Shown: piece after piece, positions 1-11,929 of the stretch | How positions within the stretch are numbered: the first letter of the stretch is position 1 | Layout of the letters: every line of letters begins with the position of its first letter | Assembly: GCA_013115145.1 (NCBI GenBank) | Contig: JAAPAO010000264.1 | Coordinates: forward strand, 1 to 45,221 | Reading direction: 5' to 3' | Length of the DNA stretch: 45,221 bases | DNA from: Perkinsus chesapeaki ATCC PRA-425 | Taxonomy: Eukaryota; Protista; Perkinsozoa | Position numbers and translations under genes: made by a program | Notes under the pieces: generated by a model | Databases searched by the model: none | What the model saw: only the letters and a program-made list of their open reading frames with translations | What the model was told of the DNA's origin: nothing

Positions 1-51
1 GCGATCTGAAAAACGACAGTCTATTCGACTTGCGGGATTGTTACCTTTTAG

Positions 52-177
52 GAGAAACTGGCGAGCGGTTTTGGCGCCAATCATTGGCTTTGGGCCCTCG
101 AGGGTTATACTGCATGTAGTTTCGAGCACTTCGTCGAGGAGGACCCCGTTGCCGAGAATAACGAGCAAACTGGTTGA
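52..177 (+). CDS. Probable terminal exon of a gene starting upstream of the window
   Basis: Pyrimidine-rich acceptor (ttaccttttag) followed by an open frame EKLASGFGANHWLWALEGYTACSFEHFVEEDPVAENNEQTG ending in TGA at 175-177; no family recognised. Confidence 0.3.
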   Translation, partial: EKLASGFGANHWLWALEGYTACSFEHFVEEDPVAENNEQTG

Positions 178-457
178 GGGAGGACCCCTCAGAGGTTTGG
201 GGAAGTACGGGGCATATTGTTTTCAGCATTACTGACTGACCTCAAGTGAAACTTACGAGCTTCAACCTAGGATATTCCCCCACTTGGAGACACAAACCGA
301 TCGCGTTGCGTGTACATGCAACTTGCAGGAAACTAATTCTCGCTCGCCCGAGAATCTATAGCTTCCTTTTGGATCACCAACGAAACCGCGGCTGGCGGCT
401 CTCTAAGCTATATACATTATCGATCCTGATCCTGATTTAACGTTGTGTAGGGTTACT

Positions 458-486
458 TTGTTGTTGTTGTTGTTCCTGTTGTTGTT
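458..486. repeat. (TTG)n microsatellite, interrupted
   Basis: ttgttgttgttgttgttcctgttgttgtt immediately upstream of the ATG at 493. Confidence 0.85.
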
Positions 487-492
487 CTACCT

Positions 493-1932
493 ATGAATCC
501 TTCTGGCGGGGCGCTTTTAATGAGTCATATATCTACTGGAAGACCGTTTGATGTTAAAACATCTTTAAACGGAGGTCCAGCATCATCGACAAGATCTCAA
601 ACGACCACGATTGATAGCTATACGAGTCGACATGGCCCTCGATCACGTGGGCAGTATCAGTACATGCCAACGAGGCAGTATGTTAGGAGTGCTTTTGAAA
701 CGCAGAATCGATATAGGGCTGCCCCGGTGAAGCCGTGGGGAGAAGGCCGTAGGTTGAAAAGGTAGAATGAGCGTGCGTGCATGATTATTGTGTAATTTGT
801 CCCTATGTTTAGGAGTGCGGAAGATGCGGATCTGTCCGTTGACAGAAACGAATCGTCTAAGGGTTTGAAGCAGCTGAGTGTTGTGATGACCGATAAGATA
901 GAAAAAAGTTTAACGCCTGAATTGGCTGATGAATACTTCTCATCTCATCATGTTGATGAGTGTTTCTCTAACAACCTTAATAAAACAATCAATGAGTTAA
1001 CCACCTTCATCGTGGCCCAAACCTCATTAGTAGGCATACGGGTGCAGATAACCCCGTACGGTTCCTTTGCCTCGGGAACAGCGTCTAAACTCGACTCGAG
1101 TGTCGACCTACTGCTTACAATGGCAGGAGGAGTTTGTGATACTTCCGATGAGGATGCTCTCGCTGGAGCTCTCCTCGGTGGGCTCAACGAGTTCCCGAAG
1201 TTCCGGAATGACGGGGTTAGCTCGGATGCTGACAAGAGGATCAGGTGTCGAATGATCGATGCTTCAATGCCAGACTTCCTTATCAAAGTCACTAAAGCAA
1301 GTTCTTTTTCGGTGGTTTCTCGGCATTTGATTGAGACTCGCTTTATCAGATCTTACTCGTGTTGTGGTCCTTTCCTGGCCCCATTGGTCTGTCTGATTCG
1401 TCACTGGGCGAAATCTCACGTACCTGTGGGCAGTGGTGTCATCTCCGGCTACATTTGGTCACTCCTCTGCATCAACTTCTTGCAATACAAAGGAATTCTG
1501 CCCAACTTGCACATGTATCGACGTGATGGCTGTCAACAACTTAAATACGGTCCTCGAGCGCGAGATTCTTTCACATTGGTATCTTCAAGCGATATTGCTG
1601 CAAGAAACGGTATGACCAACAACGGTGATGGAAGCCTTGGTGTCCTCTATGTTGAGTTCTTCCGCTGGTTGGCTGATAAGCTTGAAAAGAGCGAATCCAG
1701 CTCGGTGATGCTGAGCGTGTCGGAGAAGGAAGCTTCAAATCGACGAGTCAGTGGCGGAGGCAATGGGTTGATTATTGTTAATCCATTCGACTGTAGTGAT
1801 AATATTATTGGTTCTGTTGAACCAGAAAGGTTATCGAATATTATTACGACGATCGAAAGGGAAGCTCGGCAATGCTGGTTTAATGCTATTAAAGATGTTT
1901 GTGGCGATGCGACTGATCCAAGGCGACGATGA
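493..1932 (+). CDS. Cid1/TUTase/non-canonical poly(A) polymerase-fold nucleotidyltransferase with degenerate active site; two exons (493-761, 813-1932)
   Basis: The GT-AG intron 762-812 joins the two ORFs in frame (..LKR/SAED..). Motifs: PYGSFASG (GS loop), LIRHWAK, GVISGYIWSLLCINFLQ..ILP, SLGVLYVEFFRW (PAP-associated region) and LIIVNPFD. Confidence 0.8.
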
Positions 1933-2323
1933 CGATGAGACTACGATTACTGTATTTATGAGTAGGAAATAGAGCAATCCTAGCTGACGGCATGCGCATG
2001 CGTGCTAAATAATTGTGTCGAGGAGACAGCAGCATCAGCAGCTGAGAAAGCAGAGAATGAGCTAGCCGTGGTATCGTTGTAGTAGAAGAGTATCTTTCTG
2101 TGGTGCGAGTTACCAGCATCAACCTTTTCGTATCTTTTGAACTATTCGCCAACATTGCATCGTGCACGCTGTAAAATTATTAAGATTACTAATACCAATA
2201 ATGCACTAGTGTTTATGTTCAAGTCACGCGCCAAGCAAAAACGAGCTAAACGTCGGACGTTTTTACGCGTGTAAAAACGTCGAAGAGTTAACTCTGCTAG
2301 ACTGTTTAGTTTGTGTTGTTATT

Positions 2324-5300
2324 ATGAACGTGACTACTACTGGTGTGGTGGGGATAGGATATAACTCCACAGCATCATCAGCAGGAGTAGGAGGGAGTAG
2401 CGTGACTGCGCCACTTAATTCAACTGAACATTGGTATCTTTTGGCTGGAAACCTTTGTACTGAGGTTGATGATTGGTTGGATAACCAGAATCAAATTGTA
2501 TTATCGATTGCTATTTGTTTTATAGGATTATGGATAATGTTAATGGGAGAAAGTAATAACTAGTATTATTGAACATCTCACTGATTGCAGTTATGTGCAA
2601 AAGACGGGCAACTTTTGTAACCGTTAAAGTGTAAATAAGTGGGTTATATCCAACTGCAGAGATTTTTACCTATTTTACATGTAAGAGATTTTCCCTTTTT
2701 TGTCCAATTTGACCATCTGAAAGATATAATACTAAATAGTCTTCAATGATTACTTCGTAACGTATATGCGTACTATTCACTGACCTTTTCTAGGACTAGC
2801 TGAGTAAGCCTATAAAACTATATTTCCGTGCGAGTGTGCCATCTGAAAGGAGGAGGAGGAGTAATGATTTCTGATAGCAATAATCGGTTATATTTGATCT
2901 ACTAATTTAGTATTAACCATACATTTTATAATAATAAATCTACTCTGGACAAATTCAATTCCTGAAATTTCGCCTGGAAGATTTCACAAAATTTCCGATA
3001 AGAAGCTTCCTGATGTCAGTCTAGCTTATCTCGTGCTGACATTCTGATAGTTAATTAATTTCGTGGCGCGTGACTAAGTCCTTTCCCTTCTCAGGAACTC
3101 TCCAAATTGGTTGGCTTATTATTGGTATTATTTCTGGATTTACTCTTTGGTATGTTCCTATTACGCAGTGGTATCTCCCCGACTTGGCCGATCCACAATT
3201 CCTCCGGATTGTCGCGTCCACCATCTGTGCTGTCATCGGTGGTTGGCTAGCGTATTTGTTTAGATTGGGAGCATTGTAATAAAAGGGCGAATGGGGAGGA
3301 GTCATTTCGAGACGATTATGGGAAATATTTTCGAAACTATCGGATGAAAAAGGAGATTGTTTTCAGCGTGTCCAACACTGGTTGATTTAAATTAGATTCA
3401 GTAAAGGGTTTTAGGCTTACTCATTGTGAACTTCATACTAGGACCGGCTACTGCATAATAGCTCTTGTAACATAATTAACAATTCTTTATAATAGTAGGG
3501 CCCATCGTATGGAGGCGGCTATTGTACCATCCGAGCCATCGAACGTTCAACTCGGCGGCTGCTAGAGCAGCTGGTTTTCTGTTTAGTTGTGACATTCCCT
3601 TCGAGATTTCATCTCACGTTGGAGGTATTAAATTTTGTGGCCGGCAGTTTTCCGGAAGAATAAAGTAGCAAAAATGCATTTTATGTTGAAATTTTTTTCC
3701 AAACTTTTTTCTGACTATAAGTAACGGTACAGAAAAAATCGTCGCTCAAGCAGACTCTAAAAGATCGTACATCGTTGATCAAACGTTTGATAGGTAGGAA
3801 AGTATTACTTTTCGAAATTCGGCCGGAAATTTGTTGGCCTTACCGTCGTAGATTACGGAAAGGTCATCTAAGAAAAGTTTTTTGCCGAGTTCCAGCCGCT
3901 TAAAAAGTGTTTGTAAAATTATATTTCCGGGAATTGAACCTGGCTTTTCGTAAGTTGTTATTTTTTCAGGTTCATTGTTAATTTCCTATTGATTGCTCCA
4001 CTAACCTTCATCCTCCTCACAGCATTGCTTGACGTACCGCAAACTCAGGATTGGCTTCAGGTCAGTTTGGGATTCTTTCACAGTTCATTTCTTCGTGATT
4101 TTCGCCGATTTTCGTATTTTTCGTCCTTGGAAATTTTGTCTTTTTCTGCAAATTTCCTGAAATTTTTCGTTTCCGATTTTTCTGTATTCTTCCCTGGAAT
4201 TTTTTCCTTCCCTTTTAGGTCCGCCTTGGTTTATCACTTCTCGTGGGAATGATCTCGAGTGCAGCAGTTGTGAAGGGACGGAAAATTGTAATAATTTGGT
4301 GGCGCGTGACTATTTTTATGGCGCGTGACTCTTTTCAGGGCCTTCGAGCCATCTGCGTTCTCAGCGGTGCATTCTTGGTCGCTTCAATGGCAAGTTTTAT
4401 CGCCCAAGAAATAGACGAGAAAAATTCCGGTAAATTTTTTTCCGAAAATTTTCGATTTTTTTTTCCAGGGGAAGTACCAATTCTATGGCGAACATGCATG
4501 GAGACTTGTCTTTCTGATGCCTCGGAAGTCTTGTCGAGTCCAGCCGATGCGGAGGTTCGCTGTTTGACGCTTTATATGGTTTGGACGGTATTAGCGGCCT
4601 CAGTGTAGGTGATGGGAAATAAGGGAAAATAGGAGGAATTGATTTGATGTTTGTTTTTGGTAAAGGGCTCATCTGTGTCGGATCCTCGAATAGAAGAGGC
4701 TCCATTGGCAGGGTGAAGGATAAAATTCTGATAAAAGTGATGCTTTTTTGAAAAAAAACATGCCCGTGAAATTCCGATGAGAAGGCCTGTCTTTTTGCGT
4801 AAGCTTGCATTGGAATGGACATTGCATCTCCTCCTCCTCCGCATGCGACTTACTTTCTATGAGCCTGAAAGATTCCCTCATCGTTCGCGCGACGTAGGCT
4901 TTATTGTAGTGTAAGCAACTGGCAGAAAATTCGGGGTGGTTGCGTATCCCTGTATTGTGAAGTTTGTGACGAATTGATGAGAGAATTCCTGATTGGGCAG
5001 CCGCCTCGTTGAGGATTTCCCAGGCAACTGGGGATGAATTCTGGAGAGGCGAAGAACAGGAATAACGTTTTATAGAAGGTCTATTAATCAAAAACAGTTA
5101 TTTTTCGAGACCCGAAACTAGTCCCATTTAAGAAGATATCTCAGCAATAGGTTCATTTTTGAGATTTTCACGTGGACGAGGATTTGCTGCATGGCAAAGA
5201 GGGAAGCGGACAACCGTGTGAGGAACTCAACTGCGTTGAATCGGCCGTTACTGAACAGGTAATAATCGATCGGAATGGCGTAGCGAAAATGACATATATA

Positions 5301-5952
5301 TTTTCAGAAATCGAAGTAATGTACAGCAGAGTTCAAAGTCTAAATGGGTGCCACAATGCTGTGTGGAGTTTTGGTAATAGCTTTTTTGTCAAATCGATCG
5401 CGTGATCGATTATGATATTCAGGTATTCTATTAAATTTTGTGGTCTTCGTGTCATTCCTACTTGCTTCTATACTATCTATTATGCATGCGGTGGATGTCT
5501 TCGAGTTTTTTCGTGTATTGATTCAACTCGGGAAAATATACGGTAAGAATTAAGAGGTGGAAAAATTTCGGAAAAAAATATTTTTTTCCATAAATTTCGC
5601 GAAATGGTAGTTTGGCGAGTATTTTAATAATTTTCAGGGAAAAATTTTTAGCTGGGACTTTTTCTCTGAACTTTCTAACGCGGAAACGATAACTATTTAA
5701 TTCTATCGTTTATTTTTTCATCACCATTCGAACAGGGAAAACTGCTGCCGGTGAAAAATTAATTTCGAAGATTTTCATGAAAATTTTTTCGTATTTTGTA
5801 ATGTTTTCAGATCCTCTTCACGTCGTTGGTCGAATTCAATTCCTCCCGCAGCGCCACAAAATTACAGAAACCATCCTCCTCCGGAAGTACCTCCAAATCC
5901 GCCATCATTTGGGAATGAAGTTAAACCGATCGATGGGGAAAATAAAAAATAA
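2324..5952 (+). CDS. Multi-exon multi-pass membrane protein, TM7SF3/TMEM198 (DUF4203)-like; may be two genes
   Basis: Hydrophobic exons (IVLSIAICFIGLWIMLMG; IGWLIIGIISGFTLW; IVASTICAVIGGWLAYLF; ICVLSGAFLVASMASF; LYMVWTVLAAS) separated by AT-rich introns. The 3' exons splice in phase across introns 5259-5307 and 5373-5422 and a longer intron from 5543, ending in a Pro-rich tail with TAA at 5950-5952. The middle exon chain is not fully resolved. Confidence 0.45.
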
Positions 5953-6191
5953 TGAAAATTGCAAAATCGATCAATCAGAGTTTCCTACACGATTCATTCT
6001 TGCGTTAAAAGGGACATAATTATAGGACGGTAATTCCCCGGAATTTTTTCCCGCAAATTTCAGTATTTTTGCGGGAAAACTTGGAAAAAGAAATATATAA
6101 AAATCTTCCAAAATAAATAAATTTTTGTCATTTTTTCCCTAAAAAAATATGTTTTTGGTGTTTAGGAGTTATTATTATTTTATAATATTAA

Positions 6192-7779
6192 ATGAGTGTA
6201 TCAATCTGTTATCCGACCTGCTTTGACTTCATGGAGATGTTATTCATTCAACCACATCAACAGCAACAAACATCACCGGTAATACTTTGATCGATTTCCG
6301 CCGTTTCATTTCATATATATTTTGTGACAGTTGTATGCCAGTAATATTTTGATCGATTTCAACCGTTTCATTTTATATATATTTTGTGACAGTTGTATGC
6401 CAGTAATATTTTGATCGATTTCAACCGTTTCATTTTATATATATTTTGTGACAGTTGTATGCCAGTAATATTTTGATCGATTTCAACCGTTTCATTTTAT
6501 ATATATTTNNNNNNNNNNNNNNNNNNNNNNNNNNNNNNNNNNNNNNNNNNNNNNNNNNNNNNNNNNNNNNNNNNNNNNNNNNNNNNNNNNNNNNNNNNNN
6601 NNNNNNNNTTTTGTGACAGTTGTATGCCAGTAATATTTTGATCGATTTCAACCGTTTCATTTTATATATATTTTGTGACAGGGTCATAATCGTCGTTCTG
6701 TTATATCTGCACTTCACAATGCCGGCGGTCCAGGGAGCATTCGTATCTCGGGGTATCTTTTTAAACAGTCCAAGTTCATTAAAAGATTCCGTCGACGATA
6801 CTGCGTAAGTTATAATCGATCGCGTGATCGATTTGTGATCGATTTGTCAGTGTCTTATCGGCGATAAATTATTTGCTTTTAAGCAGCCTGAAGATCTCGC
6901 CCGCGGATGGTACACAGAGGTGATGCGTTGAGGAAATGAAAGATTTGTCAAGATTGGCAAGATTTAGGTTCTCGACTTGGAAAGTGCAGATTATCTGGTT
7001 GAATGGGATGTGACTCCGAATATAAATAACGTGAGACAGATTGAAGGAAAGTAGTGATAGTTTCAACCTGATATGTATCTTGCACGCTTTAACCTAAGAT
7101 ACGCCTTTGAAATCGGCACCGATGCCGAAACTCCTGCACGTCGGGAATGGATGTTCGCCGTTGATTCTGATGAGGAGCGCAAACGATGGGTCAGAACTCT
7201 GGGAAGTTTTTGCAAGTATCCAAATCGATCACGTGATCGATTATTAATTTCCCGTCTTGTAGGCAAGTTTGGCGTCCAGACGAGACAGGTCTCGAAGGTC
7301 AGCTCAGAATCTTGCGTGTGAAATCGTCGGCGATCGAAGATACGCCAGAGACGTATCTTTTACACAGTGATGGGAGGAAGCCATGTATAGGAGCTGAATC
7401 TGATAGCTGTAATATTTTCGGAAAATTTCGGATAATTTCGGGAAATATTTTTCCCGTTCAGCCGTAAAAGATTTTTCCCTTGCATCGCGATCCACCAGTG
7501 GAAGTGACTCCATCGACCGCACTATAAAGAATTTAGAAGATTCCTCCGCAAATGACGATATCGACGACCTCACTTGCAGAGAGGATCAGAATCATACATG
7601 CAGCATTTGTTTCAAAGACATGCAAAACGAGAAGGTAAAAAGCGCACGCCCTGATGATCGATTTGGTGAATTTTTCCCAGGTATGGCAATTAACATGTGG
7701 GCACTACTTTTGTTTGGATTGCATTAAAGAATGGGCAAAGTTTAAGAGGACATGTCCGGTGTGTCGAGAAGTATTTTAG
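6192..7779 (+). CDS. PH domain + C-terminal C3HC4 RING finger protein (putative E3 ligase), multi-exon
   Basis: Spliced frame gives IRISGYLFKQSKFIKRFRRRYC/CLIGDKLFAFK and EWMFAVDSDEERKRWVRTL (PH start and terminal helix), then CSICFKDMQNEK/VWQLTCGHYFCLDCIKEWAKFKRTCPVCREVF-stop (RING). Introns 6279-6681, 6806-6850, 7216-7262 and 7635-7680 are all GT-AG and frame-consistent. Confidence 0.8.
6279..6681 (+). repeat. 62-bp tandem repeat array within intron 1 of the PH-RING gene
   Basis: Unit GTAATATTTTGATCGATTTCAACCGTTTCATTTTATATATATTTTGTGACAG+TTGTATGCCA; the 10-nt spacer recurs at 6331, 6393, 6455 and 6620; the array spans the N gap. Confidence 0.95.
6509..6608. other. Assembly gap (100 N)
   Basis: Run of exactly 100 N inside the tandem array, probably a placeholder of unknown size. 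Confidence 1.
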
Positions 7780-8147
7780 GAAATCGATTACCAGGGCGCG
7801 CGCTTTTAACATATTGGACGATTGAGAATGAGATTGATTGAAGTGGGAGGTAGTTCCCTTTGGTTGTATTTTTTGATAAGAATGATGATGATAATCCGTC
7901 ACTGCGCCACGAAATGTCGACTCTAATGTGTAGATATTATTATTATTTTGTGGCGCAGGCGGAGCGAAGCGATTTTTGTTTCTCTTTTTTGAGGACAAAT
8001 ATTTGTTTTATCTCAAATATTCAGCGGGTGGTCTGATTACTTTGAGCGATTGTTTAATTCCTCGGCGCGCGGTCGTACTGATTATCTTGTCTTGAGTTTT
8101 CCAATATGGAAGGCGGAGCGAAGCGTTTTTTGTTGTTCATTATTATT

Positions 8148-11100
8148 ATGTCTGCAAATAGAGGAGCAGATCAGGAGGCGATTGATGAGGCGATCTCATC
8201 GTTGAGGATCAATTTGGATGTTATTAATGAAGCGATGAGGCAACGAGCAACAGCGGAAAATGTAGATGTTGTTAGCAGTCTCATGTTGGAGGTGATGAGG
8301 GCAGGAGGGGGAACGAATTAGGAATTTATTTTTATGTAGTAAATCTTTTACTGTAAATGTGCACGTGGCTGGCTGCGTCTGTAGTTGAGCTTGACAAAAC
8401 TTCGAGGAAAATATGGAAAATAGCGAACTGCCAAAAACGTACTTTTTGTCCCGTTTGAAGTGATGAGGGGATCCATCTAGCAAGTCATACCCATGGGTTG
8501 AGGAAGAAGCCGAACAGATATTCACACTGAGTAAATGTGGAATGGAATAATCGATACGGAGACGATCCGTGGGTAGAATCTATCAGCGATGATGGGCCAA
8601 TGATTCGATATCAGTATTTTTGTATGATTAAATTTTTATTTCTGACAAAGTTGTGATTAACCTTTTATTACTTATTTTACCACCCGAGGGGGAGATCTCG
8701 TTATCTAACAGGCTCATCACATCATCCATTTCATCTCGAGTCAGTTCCTTCGTGGAAGGTGACTACTTTATTCAACGCTATTTATTGTATCATAAGTAAT
8801 TTGGTGGCGCGTGACTGATTAGAAGTAAGTTTCGGCAATGAATTTAAGATTTGTTACTGAAATTTATGTTCATAGTGTACTGAATAGCAAAAAGTTGAGG
8901 AGTGTGTAGATTAGAAAACTCAACAAGAGCCTCTGTTTGAGGTGGTTCTAATAAAGTTTTAATACATATAATAATAGTGGTTGTGGTAGGATTAGGAAAA
9001 TGGGACAGCGTGCACAATAAAAGATACCGATTGCATGCACATTCTATCACAGATTGTTTCCTACCTCTCCACAGGTTCAACAAACGAAGGATCAACTACA
9101 AGCCGAAGCAGAACGATTGGTCGAAGGAGGTCAATACGGACGAACTGATAAGATTTTTGAAGCGATCTCTGAGGTAATTTACCGCGCGCCGTAAAAATCA
9201 TTGTCGGTATTTTTGCCGGTACGCTTTTGCGACATTTGGGGAGGAGAAATGAAACTTCTGTCGGCATTACTCACCAAATGGAGGGTGTACTCTTCAGTAC
9301 GCCGACAAGATGGAAAATTATGAAATTTAGTGTTTTTTTTTTCAAAATTTTGTGATTTTTTCCGACTTTTTTGTCCTCGTTAGCGAGGCTACGTTGCATG
9401 AGTCTGAGATGATGAGCGAGCGTTCATTCCTCAGGTGTCGCACGTCGAGTCCGAATTCGGCGAATGGTCGAAAGCGGTCGAATCAGCGTCGCAGCATCCT
9501 CAACCACATCGTGGCGACACGGCAGCAAGTCCGGCTGTTGAACAAGGTGGAAGGATCGATTTGCCCTTTTGAGTTACGTATATGAAATCTAGGTGTTTCA
9601 CCAGATGATAATAATAAAAATACCGGCTCGGTGCAGCGGAGCGAAGCAAATCAAAAACGGCAACTTTCTAATGCTAGCAGCACCCAGAAAGAAAATACGG
9701 TGGGCGGGTTGTAATTTCGAGGCGCGCAAGAATTAGTATTTTAGGAGAATAAAAAAGATGATAAGAAGTCTTCCACTGAGCAGCAAGTTTATTGGCCAGC
9801 TGCGACGGCAACTCGCGGAAGGAGTCGCAGAGGAGCATCCAAACGAGGGCGTTCTCGCGATAAAAGGTGGTCTTGTAAAAAGCGCGCGCCCAGTTGATCG
9901 ATTTGCTTCATAGACGCAAGGAAGTCAAAGAGCGACCAGAGGAGACAACGGTTGTGCCGAAAACAGACGAACTTGGATGGCCATCGACGGCAAATGTGGT
10001 GGGAAAGTTTTCGGGAAATTTTTGGGAAATTTTTTGTAGACTGCGAGTCCAGCGGCAGCGAGCACGCAAGAGGCGATAGCAGCGGTAAGATGTAAGCAGC
10101 GCGCGCCCGAGTGATCGATTGTGGTTTAGTGGGATGCTTTTGCCGCTCCGGATTTGGGGGAGGCGACAACAGAGGAAGTGAAGGGTGATGAAGTTGGGGA
10201 GAAGGCTGGAAGGAAAGGAAGTAAGTTGATGTGATGGAGAAATATCAGACGTGTGGCCAGACGGGAACGCATTTTTCATTGGTCTACAATATTTTACAAC
10301 TTCTTATTGTATCTCCTCCGCGGGTTTCTCCGTAAGTCATGGCGTGTGAGAGATGTTATTTGAAAATAATTCCCGCGGATGATTTGGTGAACTTCCGGGA
10401 AGCTTCTGAGAATTAGTCTTCACTAGAAGTTGTTATAATAAAAGTTATAGATTTGTTAGAATTTTTATAAGTATAGATTTTGGATGGATTTTAGGGCCAT
10501 CAGGTATAGCAGTATCATCGGCACGTGGAGTTTGGGGTAGCGGAGGAGGGGGAGGGGCTGTGGAGGATAACGAAGAAAAGCAAGAGCAACAACAACAACA
10601 ATCGGCGGCGGGGCCACCAACATTGCCGATACCATCAAAACGCAACTCATCGGGATCGATCGGAACTGTTAAAGAGACGCCAGTCGAACAGACGAGTCAA
10701 GTTGATAAGAAAACTAGTAAGAAAGGCGCATGTTATTTTTGGAAAAACGTTTTAGAATCTATTTGTGTTGACTTCCTATTACTTCATCTCCTCCTGTTCT
10801 CCAATGGTTACATTTATACCCGGCCCTGAATGATAGCCAATTCCTCTTGAGGTTACTGCTATTGAGTGATGTTATTTAATAATAAATTGAATAATAAATT
10901 CCTTTGATAATATTTTTCTATAATATTTATTCATAATTCCTCTTTTTTATGCCACACTTTTCTCGGTCGAATGTTGTTAGGTGTTCCTCCTCCTCCTCCA
11001 GCAGCAGCAGCAGCAGTGTCAGTAGCTTCCACGACCACATCGACGGCATCTGGTCGAATGAAGATATCGTTAAGTTGGGAAGACGTAAAGGAGATGTACG

Positions 11101-11261
11101 GTTACTCAGATAAACAAGAGGCAAAGAAGGCAATTCAAGAGCAATTCATTCAAGTGGGAATCTTGCTAATCTTGCATTTTCTCAACGCTGTCCCTCAGGC
11201 GGTATCGTCTTCATTGCAGATAGACCCCTCTCGTGTTCGCGTTAATAAGGTTGTTGTATAA
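8148..11261 (+). CDS. Multi-exon hypothetical low-complexity protein (one or two genes)
   Basis: Series of short open exons bounded by GT/AG (MSANRGADQEAIDEAISSLRINL..; VQQTKDQLQAEAERLVEGGQYG..; GSGGGGGAVEDNEEKQEQQQQQ..; GVPPPPPAAAAA..; AVSSSLQIDPSRVRVNKVVV-stop at 11259-11261). No family recognised. Confidence 0.45.
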
Positions 11262-11389
11262 TTTTGGTTACTTTTACTCCACTGATGAATGGTTTCAATC
11301 GTAGAAAAAGGTGGTTGGTTTATCACAAGTAATTCAATAGAAAATAACGAACAGAACGCAACGTTCGATACCGAATGCAATGAAGGTCC

Positions 11390-11475
11390 TCGATGATGAC
11401 GGCCAAACCTGTACAGATGATTAGAAATGATACGGTAGTTCCGATATGTAACTTAAGCGTTTTTTGAAGGGAAGG
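11390..11475 (-). pseudogene. Fragment of an amino-acid transporter paralog
   Basis: 11409-11471 matches 23042-23104 of the intact transporter with 4 mismatches in 63 nt; it translates to IICTGLAVIIEDL versus IICTVLAVIFEDL, and the frame is then lost. Confidence 0.8.
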
Positions 11476-11929
11476 CAAAGAGTGGCATCCACGAAGTTCA
11501 ACGAACCGTCTGTTGAGACTGAACAGGCATCATAATTCAGCAGTTGAACTTTGAGCATATCGGCGATTGGTGAAAGTGATTAAGCCTCGCTGAGCGGGGT
11601 TATCGCTGACGGTTACTAGGAGAACACAACAACTGTACTTGGATGATAGCAAAATATAAAAGGGTTACCATATACGCTCATTACGATAGTGAAGTATACA
11701 CAAATCCACTCACTTGCCCCAAAGGGCGTTAGCTTTGTGTGGTTTGACTTTCTTGTAATCAACGCATTGCTCAAAGAATACGAGCCAGCGAAGCTCACGA
11801 ACTGTCGAGAACGTGTGTCAGAAGTTCTGACTCAGAACTTGTCACTTATCCTTCATATTGAACGATGGCGTAAATGATACTCTGGCATCCAGCAGAGGTA
11901 TACCGGAACCGAGACCTTCCTTCCAGCCT

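Noticed and set aside
6279-6681. Repeat-spacer periodicity resembling a CRISPR array
   Set aside because: Spacers are identical and only 10 nt, the context is a eukaryotic intron, and there are no cas genes.
7690-7998. Minus-strand 102-aa ORF overlapping the RING exon
   Set aside because: Low-complexity, overlaps a well-supported opposite-strand exon, and no acceptor supports splicing at the 30-nt element.
7959-9647. GCGGAGCGAAGC in three places (about 7959, 8113, 9636)
   Set aside because: The third copy lies in an open exon frame (QRSEA); two nearby copies alone are too little to call a repeat family.
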